NCBI GenBank assembly: GCA_964016885.1
Contig: OZ024742.1
Coordinates: forward strand, 12,834,001 to 12,898,000
Direction of reading: 5' to 3'
Source: Eledone cirrhosa
Lineage: Eukaryota
DNA length: 64,000 bases
The notes beneath the pieces were generated by a model. The model had not been told where the DNA came from, made no database searches, and saw only the letters and a list, made by a program, of their open reading frames with translations. The translations under genes were made by a program, and so were the position numbers. Shown here piece after piece: positions 54,993 through 64,000 of the stretch. Positions within the stretch are counted from its first letter, which is position 1; each line of letters starts with the position of its first letter.

Positions 54993-55058
54993 ACTATATT
55001 TCTTCTATTACTATAGGGTTGTTTTCAGAGAGGGTCACAGTGACCTGACGATCAACAG

Positions 55059-57250
55059 AACAACTGTTTCATTTCACCAACAGATGAACAACTGTTTCAT
55101 TTCACCAACAGATGAACAACTGTTTCATTTCACCAACAGATGAACAACTGTTTCTTTTCACCAATAGATGAACAACTGTTTCATTTCCCCAACAGATGAA
55201 CAACTGTTTCATTTCACCAACAGATGAACAACTGTTTCATTTTACCAATAGATGAACAACTGTTTCATTTCACCAACAGATGAACAACTGTTTCATTTCA
55301 CCAACAGATGAACAACTGTTTTTTTTTCACCAACAGATGAACAACAGTTTCATTTCACCAATAGATGAACAACTGTTTCATTTCACCAACAGATGAACAA
55401 CTGTTTCATTTCACCAACAGATAAACAACTGTTTCATTTCACCAACAGATGATATATATAATTTCACCAACAGATGAACAACTGTTCCATTTCACCAACA
55501 GATGAACAACTGTTTCATTTCACCAACAGATTAACAACTGTTTCATTTTACCAACAGATGAACAACTGTTTCATTTCACCAACATATGAACAATTATTTC
55601 ATTTTACCAACAGATGAACAACTGTTTCATTTCACCAACAGATGAAAAACTGATTCATTTCACCAACAGATGAACAACTGCTTCATTTCACCAACAGATG
55701 AACAACTGTTACATTTCACCAACAGATGAACAACTGTTTCTTTTCACCAACAGATGAACAACTGTTTCATTTCACCAACAGATGAACAACTGTTTCATTT
55801 CACCAACAGATGAACAACTGTTCCATCTCACCAACAGATGAACAACTATTTCTTTTCACCAACAGATGAACAACTGTTTCATTTCACTAACAGATGAACA
55901 ACTGTTTCATTTTACCAACAGATGATATATATAATTTCACCAACAGATGAACGACTGTTCCATTTCACCAACAGATGAACAACTGTTTCATTTTACCAAC
56001 AGATGATATATATAATTTCACCAACAGATGAACGACTGTTCCATTTCACCAACAGATGAACAACTGTTTCATTTCACCAACAGATTAACAACTGTTTCAT
56101 TTTACCAACAGATGAACAACTGTTTCATTTCACCAACATATGATATATATAATTTCACCAACAGATGAACAACTGTTTCATTTCACCAACAGATGAACAA
56201 CTGTTTCATTTTACCAACAGATGAAATATATAATTTCACCAACAGATGAACAACTGTTCCATTTCACCAACAGATGATCAACTGTTTTATTTTACCAACA
56301 TATTAACAACTGTTTCATTTTACCAACAGATGAACAATTGTTTCATTTCACCAATAGATGAACAACTGTTTCATTTTACCAACAGATGAACAATTGTTTC
56401 ATTTCACCAACAGATGAACAATTATTTCATTTCACCAACAGATGAACAACTGTTTCATTTCACCAACAGATGAACAACTGTTTCATTTCACCAACAGATG
56501 AACAACTGTTTCATTTCACCAACAGATAAACAACTGTTTCATTTCACCAACAGATGAACAACTGTTTCATTTCACCAACAGATGAACAACTGTTTCATTT
56601 CACCAACAGATGAACAACTGTTTCATTTCACCAACAGATGAACAACTGTTTCATTTCACCAACAGATGAACACCTGTTCCATTTCACCAACAGATGCATA
56701 ACTGTTTCTTTTCACCAACAGATGAACAACTGTTTCATTTCACCAAGAGATGAACAACTGTTTCTTTTCACCAATAGATGAACAACTGTTTCATTTCCCC
56801 AACAGATGAACAACTGTTTCATTTCACCAACAGATGAACAACTGTTTCATTTTACCAATAGACGAACAACTGTTTCATTTCACCAACAGATGAACAACTG
56901 TTTCATTTTACCAACAGATGAAATATATAATTTCACCAACAGATGAACAACTGTTCCATTTCACCAACAGATGAACAACTGTTTCATTTCACCAACAGAT
57001 GAACAATCGTTTCATTTCACCAACAGATGAACAACTGTTTCATTTTACCAAAAGATGAACAACTGTTTCATTTCACCAACAGATGAACAACTGTTTCATT
57101 TTACCAATAGATGATATATATAATTTCACCAACAGATTAACAACTGTTCCATTTCACCAACAGATGAACAACTGTTTCATTTCACCAACAGATGAATAAT
57201 TGTTTCATTTCACCAACAGATGAACAACTGTTTCATTTCACCAACAGATG
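55059..57250. repeat. 28-bp minisatellite AACAACTGTTTCATTTCACCAACAGATG, ~78 copies
   Basis: Period 28 (55059, 55087...). A recurrent short variant carries ATATATATA. Confidence 0.97.
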
Positions 57251-57409
57251 GAAATATGGAGATGGCAGAAGTACACGATAATATACGAGTATACACCTGG
57301 CCACGTGATCCGCTAAAGAAACACCACACACACACACATATACAGACTTATACAAACGTATATTGGCCTTGTTTATCTCTCTTCCTCTCCCAGTCAAAAT
57401 TATTAGAAA

Positions 57410-57436
57410 AACACACACACACATACACACACACAT

Positions 57437-57502
<66 letters not shown>
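57410..57502. repeat. (CA)n-(TA)n microsatellite
   Basis: Direct reading. Confidence 0.95.
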
Positions 57503-57506
<4 letters not shown>

Positions 57507-57709
57507 ATTAGGTAGTAACATATGCTTATGCCTTATTTGACTAAATAGAATTAGTCTGTTAGTTGAGGTTTTAAAAATACCTCTGAAAGGAAAAAAGGAT
57601 GAGTATTTACGTACCATAACACCAACACACCACCCATGCTTCCTTCCATTCAATTAGAAGCTATATAGCCATAACAGGTATATATATGTATATATCATTT
57701 TCAAATTCA

Positions 57710-57985
57710 CAGCTTGATACGTTCTAACAAAGATGTTTCAGAAAGATCCTGGGCATTAGTTGACAAGACAACATCACAAACGAAAATATGCTTCGAAGAA
57801 CCAATGTTAGACACATGAGTCTTGTCATTAAGAGCAGAAGAATGTAGCTGGCAAGGCATGTCCTATGAGTGGGGGACAATATATAAGCAAGAATTGCAAT
57901 GTCATATTTGCCTGCTAGTGGGAAAAGACCAAAGGGTAGGCCTAAGAAGATTTGGAGATCCACTCAAAAAGATGATCTGCGTAGG
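57710..57985 (+). pseudogene. RTE-type LINE ORF C-terminal remnant
   Basis: Manual translation: QLDTF*QRCFRKILGIS*QDNITNENMLRRTN...KSRRM*LARHVL*...GKRPKGRPKKIWRSTQKDDL. This is the typical post-RT RTE region, with several stops. Confidence 0.85.
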
Positions 57986-58171
57986 TGTGGCAGAAATTGG
58001 TTTCAAGTACCAGCCCTATGATATGACAAAAACATTACTATGAAATATTGTTATACTTTGGGAGGGTCATGTTGCCAATAAGAAACACACGCACCAGTTG
58101 CTTTCACTTCAATTTATTATAATAAATTTATAAATTTAGGAATTTATAAATTTATAAATTTATAAATTTCT

Positions 58172-60212
58172 GGTTACACCACTGAGGTAACACCACAGGA
58201 GCATGAGGATAGAGAAAAAGCCCTCAATGCCCATATGGTGATGTGGACGAATATAATGCAGCCCAACAAAAGGACTGCCAACAACTTCCAGGCCTGGAAC
58301 AATGACGTGCCGGCGTTGTATGGGCTTCGAAAAGACCATAAAACGGGCAGTGACCCTGTCACGGGACCACCAACATGACCAGTCTGTGGAGCTAACATTG
58401 CTAGTAACTACAGACTGTCCTACTTCCTCTCCCTGATCATACGCCCCATCATTGAAATGTCCCCAGATGTATGTGACAGCACGGAGGACCTCCTCAGCAG
58501 AATCGGCGAGAGTAACCGATCTAGGGACCTAACAAACTGCATAATAGGTAGTATGGATGTTGTGTCCCTGTATCCATCTATTGACGTGGATTTTGCTGTG
58601 GAGAAATGCGTAGAAATGATCAGTGAGAGCAATGTTGAGTTCCGTGGGATTGATACCAGTGAGCTGGGACTCCTACTTAAACTTACCTACCTATAGTAAT
58701 AATTACCTAGACACATATGACCTTAGCAACTTGTGCCCTACAAGACCAGCAAGAGGCAGACCACCTACCATTACCTCAATGGCCAAGAAAACCCATACAG
58801 ATAGATGGAACGGGTGGACCAGAGCCATACTGACACCCGAAAACCACGATGAACTGAAGAAAATGATTACACATGCGGTAGGGACCAGCATAAAACTAAC
58901 CCTTAAGGAACATATGTTCAAATTTAATGGAAAAACATATGCCCAAGAGGAAGGAGCAGCCATTGGTGTTAGCATTGCAGGCGACATAGCTAACTTATTC
59001 ATGGTATGGTGGGACAGTAGACTTAAACTTAAACTTAAAGAACAATTAGAAGACGCCTTAACCCTGATAATGTACTCCCGCTACGTGATGATATAAACAT
59101 CGTAGTTAAGACACCCCCACTAGAGAACAGTCAGGAACTAGAGAAAAACATAATGGAAAGCATCCAGAAAATAGCTAACTCCATCCACCAGAGTATTAGA
59201 GTTACTATAGACTACCCAAGTAAACACCCCAACCATCGATTACCTGTACTAGACACAGAGCTCTGGTTAGATACCATTAATAACAAAAAAACAAATCCTC
59301 CATTCCCATTATGCCAAACCCATGACTTCCAAACATCTCATCCACCGAAACTCGGCTGTTTTGGACCATACCAAAATCAACATACTGATTGCGGATTTGG
59401 TACGGGTGATGAGAAGCGTGTCCTGCATATGCAACCCCGAAGAACTAGAGAGACACATACAACACTTCATCCACCGTATGCAGTTCTCTGGTTACAATCA
59501 GAGAGATAAAATCAGAGTGTATAGAGGAGCCAGAACCAAATGGGAAAAAATGGTAAATAATGACACAAATGGAACCTGCCCCTTGTATAGGAGCAAATTT
59601 TGGAATAGAATAGAAAGAACTAGGAATAAGGCTAATAGAATAAACTCATGGTATGATAGCAATAAATACCAGAGTGTAATGTTCATCGATACAACCCCTA
59701 GAGGTGAATTAGCTTACAAATTTAGAAGAGCCCTAGATAAACATAAACTCAATATTAAGATAGTAGAAAGACCAGGTACCTCCGTAAAAACACTTATTAG
59801 CAAGACATACCCTTTTCAAAGACGCCTCTGTATAGATAAGAAATGTATAACCTGTAAAATAAGCCCCCATATTAACTGTAAAACTAGAAATGTAGTGTAT
59901 AGCATAAGATGTACTGAAGGACAATGTAGAAACAAAAATATAGTGTACATAGGTGAGACAGCTCGTAGTGTAGGGGAACGGATAAATGAACACTGGCGAG
60001 ACCTTCAATATAGTAAAGAATCATCTGTACTCTACCAACATGCTAAAATAGAACATAAGGGTAAATTAGAGAACATAGAAATAAAAATAGAATCTACACA
60101 CAGAAAAGACGCAATGTTTAGACAAATCACAGAGGCAATAAACATAAAAGAATTACAACCAAAATTAAATAGAAAATATGAGCGGAACAGCAACATCACA
60201 ACTTACAATTAA
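58172..60212 (+). pseudogene. Disrupted PLE reverse transcriptase / GIY-YIG endonuclease ORF
   Basis: Motifs LYGLRKDHK, T*PVC, SMDVVSLYPSI, QEEGAAIG, RY(V)DD, LPVLD, HYAKPM, Cys-rich linker CIDKKCITC, NVVYSIRC...VYIGET...R..EH...E...LN. One stop (58376) and three frameshifts (~58690, ~59086, ~59290). Confidence 0.93.
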
Positions 60213-60308
60213 GGACAAAATGAAAACACACACGCACAGAGAACAAACAACCGACCGGTAACATGTAAATAAACAAATAAATAAACGAATATAAACACAC
60301 ACAGACAC

Positions 60309-60368
60309 CCGGATGTGGCGCATGCGCAGACTGAGCACACAACACACACACACAGAAACAAAATGGCG
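60309..60368 (+). promoter_or_regulatory. ETS + NRF1 + YY1 motif cluster in the PLE 3' non-coding region (candidate pLTR promoter)
   Basis: CCGGATGT 60309-16, GCGCATGCGC 60318-27, CAAAATGGCG 60359-68. Confidence 0.5.
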
Positions 60369-60415
60369 TAGGACAGAACAAAGGAGAGGCACAAAAACAA
60401 AGAAAAGAATCCCCA

Positions 60416-60458
60416 GTCACTGAAGAGGTCATAGAATGTGTGACGAAAGAACTTTGAC
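60416..60458 (+). ncRNA. Minimal hammerhead-like motif in the PLE pLTR
   Basis: GTCA-CTGAAGA-G-GTCA(loop)TGAC-GAAA-GAAC-TT-TGAC. Stem II has an extra G and stem III is minimal. Confidence 0.6.
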
Positions 60459-60846
60459 AATATATAAACAACTATCTGGTTGTGGAACCAACCAACCAAC
60501 CAAAAATTTATAAATTTATAAATTCCTAAATTTATAAATTTATTATAATAAATTGAAGTGAAAGCAACTGGTGCGTGTGTTTCTTATTGGCAACATGACC
60601 CTCCCAAAGTATAACAATATCGGTTTCAACACACGATTTCAGATAAAGAATCTTGCTAAACAAATTCAGAAACGAAATTACTATGAAAGTTAACATAATA
60701 TATTACAGTATTATCAAATATCAACCCAGACATAAAAAAAAACTTCGATCTGCGATAAACATAACATGTAGATAAATTGTAGAGTATATAGAAATAGATA
60801 TGTGTTTTGGTAGATTGGGGAGAAATTATAACTATTGAGGGGAGGG

Positions 60847-61309
60847 GCTCTGGGTTCCTCTCGTACTCAACGTTATATTATATTAGGGCGGTGGATAGGC
60901 AGTATCGGTAGAGGGTCGGACGCCATGCTTTGCAACAAAGAGTTACGGCCCTTTATGGTCTGAGTTCAAATCCCGCCGAGGTTAACTTTGCCTTTCATCC
61001 TTATGGGGTCGATAAAATAAAGTACCAGTAATACAGTGGGATAATTGCTGGCCTTGTGCCAAAAGTAGAAACGATTATTAGTATAGTATGGCGGTTAACA
61101 GCAACTTCCTTTACATTTTCTTTAATATTGCAACATTAAAAGAATATATCCTTCTGAAAGAATCGCGATCAAAGTATTTGTAATGTTATTTCTGTATATA
61201 TTTAAAACATATTTGTTATGTTATTCTACGGTAAATTTATTTATATGCTGTGTATAATAAAAACTCTACTTTCTATATATAACATTGATTTATGAGAGGA
61301 ACCCAGAGC
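60847..61309. mobile_element. Putative TIR element (MITE) containing a nested SINE
   Basis: GCTCTGGGTTCCTCTCGTACTCAACGTTATAT mirrored by ATATAACATTGATTTATGAGAGGAACCCAGAGC (18/19 terminal match). No clear TSD. Confidence 0.55.
60886..61075 (+). mobile_element. Full-length family-A SINE
   Basis: GGCGGTGGATAGGCAGTATCGGTAGAG head, B box, body and tail. Confidence 0.9.
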
Positions 61310-61790
61310 GATAGTGACTTAGCTTAACTTAACTAGCACTATGTTATTTGTTTATTGGGTCCCTGATTGACAGATCTCTATAATTAGTATCTTTAACGTA
61401 ACTGGTTTTTCTAATACGGTACTTCACCGGCCAATTATGCGGACTCTACTTATTTAATTAAATTTTAAACATTTTTAAGCATTCAATTTTAATTTTGATT
61501 TTAATTTTGATATTAATTTTGATTTTAATTTTCAATTCCTAAAATTAACCCTAGCTTTAACTTCTAAACAATTTTAACATATGTTCTTAAATTTCCGCTC
61601 GTCCGTCATATACTTCCCGTAAGTGTATAGACATTAGCTTGACCCAGGCAGCTTACCATTGTCTGTAACACGATATTCTTCACCCCTTCTCTGGCCTGTT
61701 GTCCGAAGGTTATTAGAGTTGAGAGGTAGTAGAAATTCGCCCAGTAGGCTATACTTTCCCCTACCCGCTTAGCTAACTAACAGGCAACAT

Positions 61791-61944
61791 AATTGTTTCT
61801 ACTTTTGGCACAAGGCCAGCAATTAGCCCAGTGTATTACTGGTACTTTATTTTATCGACCCCATAAGGATGAAAGGCAAAGTTAACCTCGGTGGGATTTG
61901 AACTCAGACCATAAAGGACCGTAACTGGTCTGAGTTCAAATCCC
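61791..61944 (-). mobile_element. 5'-truncated family-A SINE ending in an 18-bp fold-back
   Basis: Reverse tail, body and B box; 61893-61910 is perfectly inverted at 61927-61944. Confidence 0.85.
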
Positions 61945-62216
61945 AGATAAAATGATTCATTCAGAGACGGCGAGGCATATTAAAAACATGCTGCCTCGTT
62001 CGCCTCTGAGTCAAAAACAAAAACATAAATACATTTTTTCTTCTGTTTTTTCTTTGCTTGTTTCCATAAAGTTTACCTTCCTTCTATTACACAATTTACA
62101 CCTGGAGATGTCACCGGGTTCTTACATAACCTGGCCACTAAAATGTGCATAGTGTTTGCAGGAATAAATATTTAAGGAAATTCAACGTTTTTGGCCTTCT
62201 GTAATTTCACTTTATA

Positions 62217-62223
<7 letters not shown>

Positions 62224-62277
<54 letters not shown>
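62224..62277. repeat. (TG)n microsatellite
   Basis: Direct reading. Confidence 0.97.
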
Positions 62278-62280
<3 letters not shown>

Positions 62281-62400
62281 ATTTTAATCCCAAACCAGTT
62301 TATATAGCGGAATTTTGTTTATGTAATCACAGCTGAAAGTTTTAATTCTTTATCGAGGAGCCTCGATTACAAAACAATAATTGAAGACTATATAAATATA

Positions 62401-62760
62401 GGGTGGAAGGTTGGCAGAATCAGTAGAGAGTCGATCACTGTGCTACCCGGCATAGAGATACGGCCCTTTACGGTATCAGTTCAAATCCTGCCGAGGTTAA
62501 CTTTGCCTTTCATCATTACGTTTGCGATAAAATAAAGTATCTGTCACTCACTGGGGTCGACTTTCCCCTCCCCTAAAAAATTGCTGGCCTTGTGCCTAAG
62601 TCAGAAACCATTTCCAGCATAGAGTTACATCCCTTTACGGTCCGAGTTCAAATCCAGCCGAGTTTAACTTTGCCTTTAATCCTTATGGGGTCGATAAAAT
62701 AAAGTACCAGTAATGCACTGGAATAATTGCTGGCCTTGTGCCAAAAGTAGAAACAATTAT
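62401..62760 (+). mobile_element. Tandem pair of family-A SINEs (full-length ~62401-62610, truncated ~62611-62760)
   Basis: Two B boxes, bodies and tails head-to-tail with no spacer. Confidence 0.85.
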
Positions 62761-62957
62761 TAGGAACTGAAATAGCATTAGATTAATAGCTGTATAATAT
62801 AAATGGCGATATTCCGTTGGTTTAGTTTGTAGATTAAATGTGTTGAACCTACAGTAATTAATATAAAATATCTTTCGATGCATTCCTTCTTGGCTAGTGT
62901 AAAAGGTAATAACACGTATATTTACAATTAGTGTCTACGCAGTTAAGAGTATGCGTT

Positions 62958-62998
<41 letters not shown>

Positions 62999-63188
62999 TG
63001 TGTCTTCGCAGCTAAGAGTAAACGTTTGTATATACAGTATATATATCAGGTAAGTATGCTTTGAAACAGCGAGCGACATTGAAACTAGAAATAAGAAACT
63101 TTCGCCGTATTTTTGACTAAAGATATTTTAGTCTGATAGTGGGGTTTAGAACCCTCAAACAAATGGAAAAATACGGTGGAATTTCTAA

Positions 63189-63288
<100 letters not shown>

Positions 63289-63485
63289 TTTACAAGACTT
63301 GTAAACATCTAAGTTCCGAGATTAATAGACGTAATGGCATGTGAATGGTAAGGTTTGAATAAATTTAAATATACATTCACACCTAAAATATTTTGTTAAT
63401 AGAAAATGTAAGATAAATTATATACACACTCCATAAAAGTAAATTAAATATTTACTTAGGGGCAAACACTACGTGTATTTAGGTT

Positions 63486-63521
<36 letters not shown>

Positions 63522-63525
<4 letters not shown>

Positions 63526-63783
63526 GGCTCCTGGCAAGGACCTTCCCTCGCCGGGTTCCTCTTAACTATATACATACATATGTATATATATATATATAGG
63601 AAAATGTTAGACCCCGATGGCAGAGCTCAAGCCATGTCGACGGTTATTTCTGGACAGAAATAGCCGTCGAAACGGCTTGAGTTCTGCCGTCGGGGTCTAA
63701 CATTTTCCTATATATATATATACATATGTATGTATATAGTTAAGAGGAACCCGGTGAGGGAAGGTCCCCGCCAGGAGCCCAAG
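63522..63783. mobile_element. 262-bp fold-back palindrome centred on a hammerhead stem II; probable truncated/inverted PLE-type pLTR
   Basis: CTTGGGCTCCTGGC...CTG-GA-CAG...GCCAGGAGCCCAAG. The right arm reads stem II, GAAA, stem III ACGGC/GCCGT, C, GGGGTC. Confidence 0.8.
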
Positions 63784-64000
63784 ACGCATCATATGGCACT
63801 ACAACTCCTCTACACTCCAACGAAGACACTGGTCCTTACTACATACCTCATAGATTCTAGGACCACAGAAGAAAAGGAAGAGGAAGGGAAGAGGGTGGTG
63901 GGTCTAGGGTGCGGCGGTGTTGTGGTTGCAACCCGCGGACAAAACTGCAAAAGCATTTCAGCGGGCAATGGCCAGCGACACCCGCTGCAACAGCCACCCC

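Larger units (their letters stand above)
58045..60676 (+). mobile_element. Penelope-like retroelement, 5'-truncated with inverted pLTR
   Basis: RT plus C-terminal GIY-YIG. 58045-58175 is the reverse complement of 60498-60620. A 56-nt 3' tail follows. 12-bp TSD ATTACTATGAAA at 58034-58045 and 60677-60688. Confidence 0.95.

Noticed and set aside
54319-55143. Mucin-like poly-Thr ORF (274 aa) and antisense poly-Val ORF
   Set aside because: By-product of the (ACT)n microsatellite; non-ATG start, no signal peptide, and it runs into the 28-bp array.
58376-58378. In-frame TGA in the PLE RT as possible selenocysteine
   Set aside because: It falls at the conserved Arg of the RP motif (CGA to TGA CpG decay), and the ORF also has frameshifts.
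61400-61640. Possible Helitron/Helentron-like end (12-bp AT tandem, hairpin TATACTT...AAGTGTATA)
   Set aside because: No diagnostic termini could be established from a single copy.

Overview
AT-rich, repeat-dominated eukaryotic (animal) DNA. The tRNA-derived SINE families and dense microsatellites suggest a cephalopod such as Octopus; this is inference. No intact host protein-coding gene is supportable. About 65% of the window (7.5-48.9 kb) is one 38-bp satellite array, with two variant domains and multi-kb higher-order duplications. Three smaller tandem arrays (52 bp, 18/19 bp, 28 bp), more than 12 SINE copies, Tc1/mariner-type MITEs and an RTE-type LINE remnant are also present. A 5'-truncated Penelope-like retroelement (RT + GIY-YIG) at 58.0-60.7 kb has an inverted pseudo-LTR, a 12-bp TSD, a hammerhead-like motif and a promoter-motif cluster. 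The most interesting signal is a set of small non-coding modules abutting (TA)n/(CA)n tracts that carry hammerhead-ribozyme motifs and/or long fold-back palindromes (4.8-6.0 kb, 63.1-63.8 kb). One of them folds back exactly at the hammerhead stem II loop. A 35-nt exact copy of the Penelope 3' tail sits beside another.
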